Shown: positions 11,269 through 24,799, numbered from the whole stretch's first letter. The stretch: DNA of 56,234 nt, filler included, from Sphacelaria rigidula (GCA_964200075.2; 5 parts of 5 records of this genome joined end to end with filler, not necessarily neighbours in it); one strand, 5' to 3'. Numbers and translations are program-made. Notes: a model not told the origin generated them from the sequence alone.

Positions 11269-12267
11269 CCCCCTCCTCCCTCGCCCTTCGCATGGAGAGT
11301 ACGCGCCCGAGGGAAAAGCGAATAGGATTTCTAGGATGTTCGGGCATGAAGAGGCGAGGAATGAGAGAAAAGAAAAGGAGGGACGAGATATTTGACTTTG
11401 CTTTGAAGTTCGGAACAACCACCCCCACCCCGAGAAAAAGTGCACCTATGCGGTGTGTGATGAAATATTAAATATGTCTCACGACACGTACTGGTTGAGA
11501 GTAAAACTGGGAGTGATGGTCATGAAATATAGCATATTTGAAATGAAGCAAAACCACTTTCGGACAGCATGCAGGGACCACACAGTGATTGACATTTTTG
11601 CAAGAAAACGTGAAAGGCTCTGTCTTTGAGTTCGAGGCTAGGTACATTTCATCAACACACATGTCTCATGAGTCTGGGCTGTTGACGGTGTCCAAGCTCA
11701 TGCCATCTTTCGCCGCATTCTTGGGGCGTTTCTTGGGTCGAAATCCTTTGCTTTTTGTGCAAGGCTGCCAATTCCTTTCGGCAGCCGAACGGACGACGAG
11801 CATTCCTAGCCCGAAATGGGCTTGTAGCCGCCACTATTTGGACACGAACTCGAGGGAATGAAGAGTGCGGAGAAACGGCGGATTATATTCAAATACGCGG
11901 GAAAAGCTCTTGATACCGCTTTGTTATTCTTCAAGCTGCGTCACCCATGCCTCGACGGAGCGTGTTTGAGTAATCACTTGCTGCTTTGCTCTGATGCAAT
12001 TCGCGGAAAATAGCCAGATCCAAGAAAAGTCATGTCAAATGGGCAAAGCCGGTCCAAGTTTTACACACGTCGGGCAGATCATAACCCGTCTGAAATTTGC
12101 TCATCAGTAAACTGATTCGAATCATGATTCGGATCTTTTGGCCTTCCTTTCCCATGTTTGCCACCTACAGCGCCTGACGCTGAGCACGCCGAGTAGTGCA
12201 GAGGTTGTGCCTTGGCTACCTGACTCCGCGGTCACATATATTGTGTTTTTGGACCAGCTGACTCGAG

Positions 12268-12632
12268 TGTGTGTAAGTTTGTGTGTGTCGTCCCATCTAC
12301 TCTGGACGCCGGTCTACACCTTTCGGTAAATGTGGGCGCACCACCCGGAATCACACAGAAGCAAGGTCGACCCAGGAGCGGTCTTTTTTCCTTTTCTTCT
12401 TGTCACCCTACCTTCCTTCTGCGGTGCTTGCCTATTTTTCCCGCGAAAGGGGTTCAGCAGTCCCTTTCCCTCGTCGACCGTGAAGCCGAATATTGTTCAC
12501 CCACGACATTGTCGCTTTCCCCTGTTGGGCATGGGTTGTGTGAGAAAGAATCTCAGATCGCTCCGAGATTTGAACTCACGACCCAACCGTCGGTGGGTTC
12601 CGAGGTTACCAACTGAGCCACCGCGGCGACCG
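12268..12632 (-). mobile_element. tRNA-derived SINE, family S1
   Basis: Minus-strand head with A box TGGCTCAGTTGGT and B box GAGTTCAAATC, ending in an AC-rich tail. A second copy lies ~600 bp away and head fragments are at ~24700-24762 and 33804-33861. Confidence 0.8.
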
Positions 12633-12882
12633 ATCGAGAGTAATCTTGATGAGCTGTTGCAGACAGATCATGGTCTATAGGACGGGTGATTTTTCACCCC
12701 AAACTTCGGTGGGAAACATTTTCTGTGTATGTGTGTATCTTTGAAATGACACCACCTATAGCATCCCAAATGCCAGCGTGAAGGTGATACGACCTGCTCC
12801 CCATAACGACCCAGAGAAGAGACCGAGGGGATGTCTATCAAATGATATTTCAATGAACAAACTGGCTTTTTGTTCATTGATG

Positions 12883-13236
12883 GTTGGTTGTGTGTTGTTG
12901 TGTGTTATCCCTTTCATTCTGGACGTCGGTCTTCACCTTTCGGTATATGTGGACGCACCAGCCGGGGTCACACAGGAGGAAGGCCAACACAGATTTGTTT
13001 CATAGTTGTTCTCCACCTTCCTTCTACGGTGCTTGCCTTCATTTTTTGTCGCGAGGTTGGTTCAGCAGTCCCTTTCCATCGTCACCCGTCGAGTGGTGTT
13101 TGTCTACCCACGACGTCGTCGCTCTCCACTGTTGGGCATGTGTGAGGAATAATCCCAGATCGCTCCGGGATTCGAACCCACGACCCAACCGTCAGGAGGT
13201 AACGAGGTTACCAACTGAACCACCTGGGCGACTGGC
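12883..13236 (-). mobile_element. tRNA-derived SINE, family S1
   Basis: A box TGGTTCAGTTGGT, B box GGTTCGAATCC. Body colinear with 12268-12632, CA/AAC-rich tail. Confidence 0.8.
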
Positions 13237-14709
13237 TGGTGGCTGGTCGCTACGTTTTCAAGTCTTTCGCTTCCAAGAGGTTTTCGGGGGCGGTGGATGT
13301 GTGGCTCCGAAAAAGCTATTCGGTATCTATGTGCCCTTACTTTTATTTTAGTATTTGTTGCATTTTGGAAGGTCGGAAGCGATACGTGACAACTGGGCAT
13401 TCAAAAAGAAGGGATGAGGGTTCGAATTCGGGCACTACTGTCGATGCGGTCATTTTGGAAGGAGCTTCTGATACCTGTACACTGGTCGGACCAAAGAGGT
13501 GATGATCCCCATCCTCTATTTGACTCTTGATTCGTACACGAGTTTGGTTGTTACATGCTACATGGTCGTGATTCGAGCGACACCCTGCGTTGAAAATATG
13601 TTGACATGCTCCCCACCTTCGGTACAACACCTGTATCCCACCCTTTGTCCCCAACCATCAATAACGCCTTTTCCCCCTCCCTTGTGGTTCGTGCGGCATT
13701 AATCTAATGCACGGTTCCCCGGCCGTTTCTTTCGCCATAACCCTACATTTTGCGCATATTCGTTCCTGCGGTGCATCCGACACGCCTCTTGAGTTCATTC
13801 ATCGTGACAAACATAGCTTGTGGTATACGATAGACCTGTCATATGTTTCGAATATATCTATATTATAGTTGTCTGCAAGGCATGGACGTGCTCGACCTTT
13901 CAAGACCACTAGTGAGTCGGCATCGTGTTGACTTGGATGATGAAAAAAATACCCAGGTGACCCACACTTGCTGTCACGCGTTGACCATTTGACCGCTAAG
14001 GTCTGTCATTCGGTCACATCTACTTACGAGTTCTGCATAAACGTAGGCGGAGACGGTGGGCAAGTGCATGTATCTCTGAAGAAGCTCGGTTTTGTATTGC
14101 AGACTTTCTGTCCTCGTCAGTGCAGATGAAACAAACCGAGCACCTTTCCGGCGTTGTCGTTAGGTATACTGTGGCTCCACGTTTCATAACCGTGTTGGAC
14201 GAGAACACTGGAGACGGGCGAAAAAATGTACACAGAACAGGACAGTGCAATTTAATTGTTATTCCCAATATAAATAGCGATGCTGAAAGCTGGAAACAGG
14301 CTAGTTCACCCGTTTTCGCTGCTCGATAACAATCATACTCGCATAGCACACCCTCACATGGCCGTCTTCCTAACGGTCGGTCCCGGGAGGACAAAATTAA
14401 AATGCAACGCTTGACCCGAGGGTTGATGTATTTTTTTTCCATGTGCGTAGCAACAGCATATATACTACAATCGCCTCGAAAGTGTGTGACGTTTCCGTCA
14501 TGTAGGAAAGGGTGCCGATCACGAAGGAGTGTCCTATGCACGAGAAATGAAGAGGTATGTTCGTCTCGTACATGTTTCCTGTTCTACTGTGGCACACCAT
14601 GCCTTCACACGTTCGATATTGGTTTCGTGGTTCACCTCGTGTCCACCGATCATACATACATATTTCCGGCTACGAGATGTTGGAGTCGTGCGGTTCCGAA
14701 AATGAGCAG

Positions 14710-15390
14710 ACCCCATGTCTCGTAATCCCTGTACCGTACGGCGATAGCGTTCACACTAGAATCTATGTCAAACCCCGAACGATACATTCAGCGGATTGTG
14801 ACGACTTGTGGTGTGGACCTTCCTTGGGGCACGGCGAGACGAAAAATACCCTCACCTTCACCTAATTTACAATCTGTCTCGAGATACGGCGCACGTGAGT
14901 TCCCATAATGAAGTTGATATATGACGAGCAGAGGCACTAGATGCCCTAAATCTGAATATCGCGTCTTAGGTTTTGAGAGTTGTTCTATGAAATTTGGTAT
15001 GGAGAACTGCTTACTATTTCTATTACTTTGATATCCGTCATATTAGCTGGATCTCTCGAACCCGTGGTCACAGAGTGCAAGGAGCATGCTGTCTATACCC
15101 ATACAGCCCAAACAGCCCGCAGGGAAAGACAAGAAACACAACATGTACACGAAGATATGGCGAACCGCAAGTGCAGAATGAAAAAAATGAACACAACTTT
15201 GAACCTTTCTTCTCTCTTTTTTTTCATTGTTTTTCGTGTATTTAGTTGAGTTAAGAGGAGAAATGAACATTGCTCTTCCGCCTAATCTCGATGTTTTAGC
15301 TCAATTTTTAGAATCGTGATTTGAAACTAAGCATGAACAACCACGAAGGTGCGCCGAATAAAAAAATGGGCCTTCATTTATTTTCATAGA
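14710..15390. repeat. Dispersed repeat family A copy (with a ~150-bp internal insertion near 15010-15160)
   Basis: Reverse-complement colinear with 21545-22030 (ACCCTCACCTTCACCTAAT, GAAATTTGGTATGGAGAAC). Confidence 0.7.
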
Positions 15391-15401
15391 TGTTTTGGCG
15401 A

Positions 15402-15569
15402 TTTTTTTTTTCTTTTCCTCACACTTCGAACCCCTCCCCTCCCTCGGAATGAGTCCGTGGTCTCAAGGGATCAACCCAACTCTCCCCCCGTACGCGCCTT
15501 TCATTTTGGTCTCGTCGATTGGGTCAGCACTCCCGCACCGCGTCAACTCACGTCGCACAAACCCAGTCT
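15402..15569 (-). mobile_element. SINE family S2, 5'-truncated 3' half
   Basis: Reverse complement of 16665-16829, including the A-rich tail. Confidence 0.75.
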
Positions 15570-15743
15570 CCACCATACTAGAACCCCGTAAACCAGTAAA
15601 ACAAGCAACCTCACCCGCTGAGGTTAGTTGATTTTTACCCTAGCGAGGGCCCACACAACTTCTCAATACACAAAAACCTAACGTGGGCCGGTGAGTGGCC
15701 TGCAAAATTTTGTTCCGAGTATCTACAGACCCGGTTTTCAGAA

Positions 15744-16006
15744 GGCGAATGCGCCGGCCAATATTTAGAGTTGGAGCGTAAAATTTGGTGCGGACGATGC
15801 ATAGGGCATGAACATAAATTACGAAAGCACCATAATATTTTATTTCCGTGAGTTGAGGGCATTTCAATGATACCTGAAAACCGATTATTGCCCTCAACTC
15901 ACGGAAATAAAATATTATGGTGCTTTCGTAATTTATGTTCATGCCCTATGCATCGTCCATACAAAATTTTACGCTCCAGCTTTGAATACTGGCCGGCGCA
16001 TTCGCC
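15744..16006. repeat. Long hairpin palindrome, 118-bp arms with a 27-nt loop
   Basis: 15744-15861 pairs with 15889-16006. The inner ~70 bp of each arm pair perfectly. Confidence 0.92.
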
Positions 16007-16189
16007 AACAAACTTCAAATCCGCCTCCAGGCTGACCTAGCTCGTACTCTTGTCCGCTTCACCGACTGGAAACGTACGGGGCGTCCCCATCAAACTCCAC
16101 AGTAGTTGACTACTAACAAATGCTTTCGAAGTAGTACCTACACTTTTTGGACCGGATGGAAAATATAGTTGTCGATATTTGATCAAAAT

Positions 16190-16500
16190 CGGAGCCCCCT
16201 CGCTCGAAATTGCAGTTTCAGTTTTTTCGCCGCGTGCTTCAGGCCATGCAGATATGTTTCCATCCTCATCTACTCTTTCGAGCTTATTCATATCTTCAGG
16301 TATATTTCCTCGTCTACCTGGCGTCTGAGCAATATTTATGCCCTGTCGATTATGTCTTTTGTACCTCGCACCTTCACCTATGCACAGTATTTGGTGTTGG
16401 TTTCCCTCCATCTCTTTCCATACTTTCTCGACTTGTCTATCCCACCTTATCCCAGCCTGCAGCCCTATCAACTATGGTTGACAATCTCTTTATCTGAATC
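16190..16500 (-). pseudogene. Non-LTR retrotransposon ORF2 C-terminal remnant
   Basis: Frameshifted GIRWDRQVEKVWKEMEGNQ...YLHGLKHAAKKLKLQFR resembles the post-RT region of LINE ORF2. Recognised by resemblance only. Confidence 0.55.
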
Positions 16501-16518
16501 TTTCTTTCTGCTCTATTA

Positions 16519-16829
16519 CCGCCACGCCCCGGTGGTGTAATGGTTCGACTGTCGCCATCGGGGTGGATAGAACGGGGGTTCGATTACCGATACCTTCGGT
16601 TTTCTCTTCGTGGTGTATGATTTCCACCGTGGAAAGCGTGAGAACTTGAGTAAACAAAAGTAGTCGACTGGGTTTGTGTGACGTAAGTTGACACGGTGCG
16701 GGAGTGCCGATACATCCCGCGAGGTCAAAATGGAAGGCACGTACGGGGGAAGAGATGAGTTGATCCCTTGAGACCACGGACACATCCCGAGGGAGGAAAA
16801 GGGTTCAAAGTGTGAGGGAAAAAAAAATA
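16519..16829 (+). mobile_element. tRNA-derived SINE, family S2
   Basis: A box TGGTGTAATGG, B box GGTTCGATTACC, poly-A end. Colinear with 31079-31463. Confidence 0.8.
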
Positions 16830-19800
16830 CTACATCAATTTACTCATGTCTCTGTTTTAGTTGCGTACGTTCTTCACTCTGCTCATGAAGTTATATAACT
16901 CGTCGTTTCCGAGTATCCAAGCATCTTATTAGCTGCTGCAATCGGTATTGTTTCCAACCTCTTCCACCAACTTCACCCTCCCCTCCCATACCTCTCCTAA
17001 TATTCCAGCATTGGTACAAATAAAAGTGTAGGTGTGGGATTTTGCATGTCCGGGTGTTTTGAAACATATTTGGAGGCACTCTACTCTGTAACATGCGCAC
17101 AGCTATACTGAAAGCACGACTAGCAACGTTGCAAACGCTGAAGATCAACGGTCTGCGGCGATGCACGACCCGCTCCCCTAAGAATATATTTCGCTCGTGA
17201 TGACTACCTCGAGAAAAAACAGTCGGAATAAGGGTGTGCATATTTGCAGCACTCGATAGTACCAGGAATTCTGAAACGGTCCTTGTACCTGAACCCTCAC
17301 GGTATCCCCGAGGAAGAGGATGCGAAACGTGGCGGTGTCGGATTTTCAAAACTCCCGGACATACGCGGCATCGGACGTTGAAAGTTCCAAACTGCAAGGC
17401 CGAAGGGAGGAAAGTGCCAGATAAGTGCTTCCTGTGTGCATGTTTGCGGCGCTTCTTAGTGCCAGCGTTTTCCGAATCAGCCCCCTCACTCCAACCCTGA
17501 CCCTAGCCGAATCCAAAACGTGACGATTTCGGATTTTCGGAAGCCAGCCATACGCGACCGTTGCTAGATGGTGTGCTTATCCGTGCATCTTGCACCCACT
17601 ATGACGATGCCTGATACTGACGTTGGAGAGGTTTATATTTCCCGATGATGGGCCTATACGTCCGCCCGAATTGCGTTGCACGCCCTACGCCGTTCCACTA
17701 ATCGCACAGCTGCGGTGTCAGACGCGAAAGGGCAAACCGCTAATCTGGGACGTCTTCTTGGTGCCATACTAGTTGTTGTGAGAATAGCCTGGGTGCGTAC
17801 CTCTTAGCTCTCGCGACCATTCAACCTGTGGTCAACGCCTTGGTTGTTATCGTTTGTGTCGATGTACCTTCTCATAAACTAGTTATAAACGGGCTCCACA
17901 GGAGTGCCCACGTGTACGACGGTACTCCGGCGAACTTGGAGACTTGTTGAGAATGGCCAATGTGAGCCAGTTTCTTAGTCCCTATTTTGGGTGCTCCCAA
18001 GGAAACGTCGATTCCGTAGTAAAGCTTTGCAATAAAAGATTGAAGTCGTTTTCTGGATACAGTGCATGAGGTTCCACGGAAAAGTCCTCGACCCACCAGC
18101 TGTGTAATTTTTATTCGAAGGATATCAAGGTGACACCGCAGGCAACATTTACGACGGCAGCGCCCGGCGCGTTGCTGGTTGGTACGCCGGCAAGTGAATG
18201 TTTTGTTTGCTCACCTCTGGAGTGATCCCTATGGTGTTACATCGCCCATGAAAACGGTAACTTCGCTCGTCACGCGCATATTAAGTTTCTTGCTGTACGG
18301 CCTGGTTTACATTTTTTCCCCGATGTGCCCATGGATGTTTTTGTCTAAAGGATTATTCTGAAGTTGCCGTGAAAGGGTTGAAGATTTGTCGTTCAAAGCG
18401 ACATGAAGGGTTTTCACCGATCGACTGAGCACGAGTGTGGGTGTATTTTAAATCCAACAAATGTTTGGTTTCGAGTGTAGCCCATACTGTGCCATATGCC
18501 ACCACGTGTCTCTCTCTTGTGCTGCAATGTAAATTGGCACTGAATCCTTGCGAATCGCAATGAAAAACATCCTAACGGATTCGATCGATTGAATGTCGTA
18601 CATGAAGTGATCCCCGAGAGATTGAGGCGTGGTCACAAGGTACACATGCCCAAGGTATTAAATGGGGTCCACTTATGATACAAAACTCGATGAAGAGGAA
18701 AGACGGAGAAAATCAAGTAATATTCGAGCAACTAGAGTGAAGTCAACGAAGGCGAGATACGCATATACAGGACAGAAAAGGGTCGAAGGAAAGGAAGGGA
18801 AAGGAAATATTAATACGAAAAGTAGGTCCCTACGGAAATAATGGGATGTTGACTGAATGACACCGACGCTGGATGCTGTAAAAGAAGGTCCTCGCTTGCA
18901 TCATCGGGTCGGTGACGGTGAGTATTCCATGCGAAGACCAGAAACCTTTTAGAAGAACTCAGCCGCGTACGTGCGACGTATGCTAACCACGGCATACCAT
19001 GCTTTCACACTCTCGATAAAGTATGACAGCGTACCTGGACATAGTAAAAAATTGGCTGCAGCAGTGACATGTGCTGTAGTGGGGGGTAATCTACCAGCTC
19101 CACCGTAGGCTGACTGTGTTGTTGTCGAAGAAACCGTGGAGATGTGGCACGGTTGTTTACGTGGTTCGTACGCATCGCAACATACTAGAAGTATTCACGG
19201 ACCACGGTACATCATCCCGGGCACTTTATATTTGTAAAAATGTCCGAGATGCATGCGTCACAATTGGTGTAACGATAGCATGTAACCCGACTTCAGAACA
19301 GTATTTTTAGTCGCAGGATCCCTCGTCGTTCCCGCTGTCAATTTTCCATGAGAGTTTGTCACACGAAAACTTCTTGAAAATGATGAGGACAGTGCCATAA
19401 GCAGATTCCCGACATTTTGAGGAAAGTTAGACTGTTGTTCATGAAGTTGACGTTGGCATGTGCACTCGTGTAAGCTCTCAGTGTAGCGGGGAGGGATCGG
19501 GCTGTGTGTATGGTGGGTTGACATTTTATTGCTGGTTTCGGACAGGCACTTTTTGATAGCATATGTTACCGCTGACACGATTACCACCAGTGTGCCGTGA
19601 TACTATGCTGGCTTATTGTAGTTTTTGTATGTTGGTCTGAAGACGAGTGTGTCATTTGTACCCACTACGGGACTAGGGGGCGGTAAGTGCAAAATGTGTA
19701 CTGGGGGACTTCGAATTCACATTCCAACCACCGTTCGTTGATGCCGTTTGTCCCACTGAACAGTGTGTGTGCGACCGGCGTTTGGATGATTCAATTTCAC

Positions 19801-19991
19801 TCACTTTACAAGAATCCTCTGCAATATATATTCGTCCATAGGTCTCCATCGTACCGATAGTGGCACTTTGGACCAGTCCCTTTCTCGGGACGAGTTCGTA
19901 TTGTAGTATGCAGTGTAGAAAGACCAACCCGTATCTCTCCGATACCAGCTTTACATTGTGTTAAGGTGGATTGGATCATGACTAAAATTAC

Positions 19992-20967
19992 CAGGGCACT
20001 CCTCGGGAAATTTCCCGACGAAAATTCCCACGATATTTGGACGGTTACGGTAATGACGGGAATTACCGCAACATTCGGCGTTACCGTCAACCGCCTAAGG
20101 CGGTACCGTCGAAAAACGAGAAACCGCCTAACGCCGAAAAATTCCCGTCACATTGCGATACCGCCGAAAAAATTCCGCCGTAATACAGTGTTACCGGGAC
20201 CGTATTCCAAAGTCCGCCTTGTCGCGCATTCCCACGGCCGGTCAAACAGATCGAACAGCAATCCTGCACACTCTCAGAACTTGAGTTTGATCACCACATT
20301 TTCGGTGTTGTACACCTTTCAGCGCAGACTACTTCACTTTTTTTACAATTTTCTTGGTGCTGGTTATTGGTGAAGTGTAGGTTGTTACAACCAAATGCAT
20401 GTATATCCGCCGGGGCCATACAGGAAGTGGCAAACCCGTGAATACTTTTGCTTTTTTATTTTTAAATCCAAGATATGCAGTGTAGATGTGCATGCACAAG
20501 GTTCACATCGTCGGAAAAAAACAGAAAAAAAACGACAAAAAGACAAGAGGTAAAAAACTCATTCAAAGGTTACCTTTTGTTGGGCGCAAATGTCTAGGTA
20601 GGGGCGTAGGATACCGTTGGCGTACGAAAATCGCTTACCGCCAATATATTACCGCCCAAAGTACTTTCTGTCGACGTTGGCGTTGTACGTTTTACCGCCC
20701 TATGGTGTTGTTACCGCCGAAGGCGGTACCGTCATATTGCCAGCCGCCGAAATTTTTTATGTCATAATTTATTGTACCGTCAACCGCCGAAGGCGATACC
20801 GTCATATTGCCAACCGCCAAATAAATTACCGCCAGATTCGGCCCTACCGTCAACCGCCGAAGGCGGTACCGTAAAAGAACGACCACCCGACCGCCTAAAA
20901 ATTCCCGTCAATTGCGGTACCGCCCCGTCTAGTACTGGCTCAAAAACCGTTCCCGAGAAGTACCCTG
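19992..20967. mobile_element. Non-autonomous hAT-like DNA transposon (976 bp)
   Basis: TIRs CAGGGCACTCCTCGGGAA / TTCCCGAGAAGTACCCTG (16 of 18 match). Exact 8-bp TSD AAAATTAC at 19984-19991 and 20968-20975. Many TACCG/ACCGCC subterminal repeats. Confidence 0.9.
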
Positions 20968-21544
20968 AAAATTACCGCACCGCGTCGACTAAGGTCGTAC
21001 CTATGTCTCCGAGTATTCAGACCATTTGTCGTGCAATTTTATATCTTTCTGCAGTTCAGAATTTGATTTGAACATGTTCGCACGGTGTTCTGTTTCCGAG
21101 AACGTGCGGAACTGGTTCTGCTCGCATCAGGGTGGGTCAGTCATGCGAGGTGGGCCAGCCCACAAGCGGATGTGTAGTTCGCAGGCGAATTCGCATTTTT
21201 TTACTTTGAGGTGGACAGTTGTATTTGGTGTGGACAATCAACGGGGCGTGGAAAAAAGCTGTATGTGAGGTCCCAGTTTTTTTTTATACTAAAATGGCCG
21301 GCCTTTTGGAAACCGGGCCGGCGGAAATCCGGAACAGTATTTTGAAAGCCGTTTACCGGCCCACGTTGGATATTGGTATATTGAAACTTTTCGCGGGACC
21401 TCGCTAAATCATGATGAATCAAGGAAAATGGTCAAGGTTTTTCATCCATTTCTCTTCACTGGTCGAGGGCGTTTTAGTATATGGCAACGGCCATTGTTTT
21501 ACGCGAACGCCTAACCCCCCCCCCAAAAAACAAACAAACAAACG

Positions 21545-22190
21545 AAGGCCCATTTGTTTCTTCATTCAGCATAACTCTGTCGTTCCCCATGCTACGTTTC
21601 AAATGTCAGATTCCAAAATTGAGCTACACAAATGAGATCACGCATGCCCAAGAGCAATGTCAATTTCTTCTCAAAACTCCCCGAAAAACACGAGAAAATT
21701 GGAAAAAAAAAACGACAAAAAAGAAACAGCTTTAATCTTTTTTTTCCATTATGCACTAGCAGTTCTCCATACCAAATTTCGTGGCACAACTCCCGAACAC
21801 TGAGGCGCGATATCGGGATTTAGGTCATTTAGTGCCTCTGCTTGTTATATACTGATTTTTTATCAGATAGATCACGATTTAGGTAAAGGTGAGGATATCT
21901 ATTGTCCCTCCGTTCTCCAGGGAAGGTCCACACCAAAAATCGTCATCATCCGCTGAACGCATCGTTCGGAGTTTCACATAGATTTCAGTGTGGACGCTTT
22001 CTCCGCACGGTACAGGAATTACTAGACATGGCGAGAATAAACTGGCCCGGAGTTTTGAGCAGATGGGCACCTTCCCCTTCAGGAGATGATTAATAGGATA
22101 TGCGGATCATGGCCCACATCGTCCATGTCGATGAGTTATTGCTGTGAGAGATTCAATCCGTGTCTCGGCTGGCCCAGCTCGTAGCTGGCG
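21545..22190. repeat. Dispersed repeat family A, longest contiguous copy
   Basis: Joins the segments seen separately at 14710-15390 (reverse) and 500-685. Confidence 0.7.
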
Positions 22191-22436
22191 AGTTTTTGTT
22201 GGAAATGAGGATCTCACAATTTATGCATCATGCTTCCTTTTCTTTGGAGGAGTCGAGAGGACCTCGAAAAGGACACACTCAAACTCACCCTCCGGCCGTG
22301 ATGTCAGGCTTCGCTCATCCTGAAACGAAACTCCATCAAGGTCGAAATTCCGTGCTTATTCCGAATATTTTCGACCTCCGTTTTTCCGCGATCTAAATGG
22401 TCTTCCACGCTTCTCAGAGCCTCCGGTGAACACGAG

Positions 22437-22536
22437 NNNNNNNNNNNNNNNNNNNNNNNNNNNNNNNNNNNNNNNNNNNNTTAATTAATTAANNNNNNNN
22501 NNNNNNNNNNNNNNNNNNNNNNNNNNNNNNNNNNNN
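22437..22536. other. Artificial contig spacer
   Basis: N44-TTAATTAATTAA-N44. Confidence 0.95.
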
Positions 22537-23236
22537 TTGGTGCGTACTTGGCGGTTGTGGGCGATGCGGCCACCGAGATCGACAGTGGCCACCACCATGT
22601 TGTGGTCCGAGTCCGCTTTAGCCGGGAGTGCGGGTTGGGGGTGTACGACTACGTTGCGCACTCTCCCTCGGTGTGCCTGCCGGGTAAGAATGTAGTCTAT
22701 GCGCTTGAAGTCGCTCGTGCGGTTCCCCACAACACCGTTGTATGTGTGTGAGATTCCGCCTTTGCGCGTGCTAAAGAAGGTGTTCGTGATGGCTAGTTTG
22801 TTCTCGGTTGCGAAAGTTAGCAGAAGTTTGCCGTTATCGTTCAGCTCATCACGTCCATAGGCGCCTAGGACCCCTTCGTCCTCTAAGCCCTCTCCTACTC
22901 TGTCCCCCGTCCGCGCGTTGGCATCCATCAAAACGTACACACATTCCTTCGACGGGATTCGCTGTACCAGAGCGTCAAGCCCATCCCAGAACGCTTGTTT
23001 CGTTTCGTTCTCGGCGACTTCAGTTGGTGCATATGCAGCTACGAAATTGATCGCTCCGCTCCCGATATTTCAAACCGCATTGCCATGAGGCGCTCGTCAA
23101 CGTACTCAGTGGTATAGGTGGCGTTCTTGCAAATCGACTCTTTCACTGCAATACCCACACCGTGTTGCCCACCTGACTCGCTCCCACAGCAGAAGACTCT
23201 GAAACCTGCTGCTGTACAGTCTGTTCGCCCCGCCCA
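22537..23236 (-). mobile_element. RTE-type LINE, AP-endonuclease domain (5'-truncated, one frameshift, cut by contig edge)
   Basis: Motifs GVGIAV, ERLMAMRF, AYAPT, MDANARTG, NDNGKLL, NTFF, RIDYIL and SDHNMV. Frameshift near 23050. Confidence 0.9.
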
Positions 23237-24340
23237 GTATGACTTGGGTAAGTCCATAGAGCTCTAGTCAGTTCCAAGTGCTCCCTGTGTTATGCAGCTA
23301 ATTTGGTGATGTGGTAGTATTTGTTTTCCCGTGTTAGCGAGGATCCCTGGCAAAAGCGATTTGCTGCAGCTCGTAGGCGGGAGGCGCTTCATTGGCCTCG
23401 TGGAAGAGAATTTGTTATGATCCGCTGCCATCGAGGGTGAGATGGTGGAACAGAATCCAGGGTCCCACCACGTTTTGCAACTTTTCTCGGCACGAACAGG
23501 CGAGATATCAGCAGTCATATCACACGCGATGACTCGCGCTTTCAAAAACAACGACGGAAACTGCAGGAAATCTTTGAACAAAAACGTGATTTCAAGATAT
23601 CCATAAGCACCAGGTCCACACGAATGGTGGCATCAACTGCATTTACGAATGAAGGCGGGCACAACCTGGCTAAATCGTATCTTCTACTCGAATCGCACGA
23701 CTAACACTACTTTGGAGACGTTTTTGGACGGTGCATTTTTCCACAAATGCGTGCCTGTGGGCCAGCGCGCAATATTGTCCCAACATTATTCTGCCATTNN
23801 NNNNNNNATTTCCTGATCGTACTTTCGACGCTCGATTTCCCGGAAACATTGTTGGGTTTGCCGGCAGGATATTGCACCAATGTGCGAGGTAAGCGTTGTA
23901 TAGATTAATGCAGGCACAACCGGCCGCTGACAGCTTGCCTCAACCCTTCTCTCAATCGTATCAAAGGTTCTCAATCTCACGAAAACATTGTTAGGACTGC
24001 TCTTCACATGTATGGTTTTCGTCCACAGCCCGACTTGCATACGACGACACCACCTCGACCGTGTTGTATTTCATGACACCTCCTGCGACCCTTTTTACCC
24101 ATGATCGTGTTGGTAGGAGGTGTCAATTTGAGCTGTTTCCACGCCGTTTATCTCAGTCAACATTTTATCGATTAAATGAAAAGTGCCACATGGCATGGTC
24201 GGGAATCCGGTCACATACGTGTTAATAGGCGTGGCGTTGGGGTTGGATATTCGGTCATTGTGACGTTCGTGAACGGCAAGCGGGCGGGAAAAGAGTCGCA
24301 TGTATGGCGGCCTTCGTCAGTGGAGTTCATGGGTAGATTC

Positions 24341-24561
24341 TGTACTGCGTGAGAGGACCGCGTCCTTACAGGACCGCGTCCTTACAGGACCGCGCCGTAG
24401 TTCAAAACACCTCAGGATCGACGTTTTTCAAAACCAATCGGATCAGTCCCTGGAGGTACCACGCCCCTGACCTCAACCCCAACACTAACCCTACCCCTAA
24501 CCATAGGAATGTTCAAATTCCGATGCGGTTCTCTAAGCACGCGGTCCTCTCACGCATTACA
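24341..24561. mobile_element. TG...CA MITE (Ginger-like family G)
   Basis: TIRs TGTACTGCGTGAGAGGACCGCG / CGCGGTCCTCTCACGCATTACA. 5-bp TSD GATTC. Internal triplication of AGGACCGCG. Confidence 0.85.
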
Positions 24562-24799
24562 GATTCCCTCGCGCGCAGTGGGCCGCGTCAGGTACCGTGT
24601 AGGAAGCAATGGTCCAGGATAGGTGGTGATCGGTTATCGCGATAAAGAATCTCGTATCACGATGACCTCCATATTTGTTTTAAATCGTGTGACTGCACCG
24701 CGATTTCAACCTGTCACCATCAGGAATTTGTATGCTACCAACTGAAACACCGGGGCCACCGGCATTTCAGAGACCTTTACTTGCCCGAGAAACATCTCA

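Noticed and set aside
12550-12632. tRNA genes at SINE heads (also 13160-13236, 16519-16595, 31079-31150)
   Set aside because: A and B boxes are present, but no complete cloverleaf was seen and each continues into a shared SINE body.
17800-19930. Possible decayed minus-strand coding region
   Set aside because: The frames I translated were broken by stops and showed no recognisable motif. A translated profile search would be needed.
23264-24301. Short minus-strand ORFs upstream of the LINE fragment
   Set aside because: No recognisable domain; interrupted by stops and a 9-N gap.
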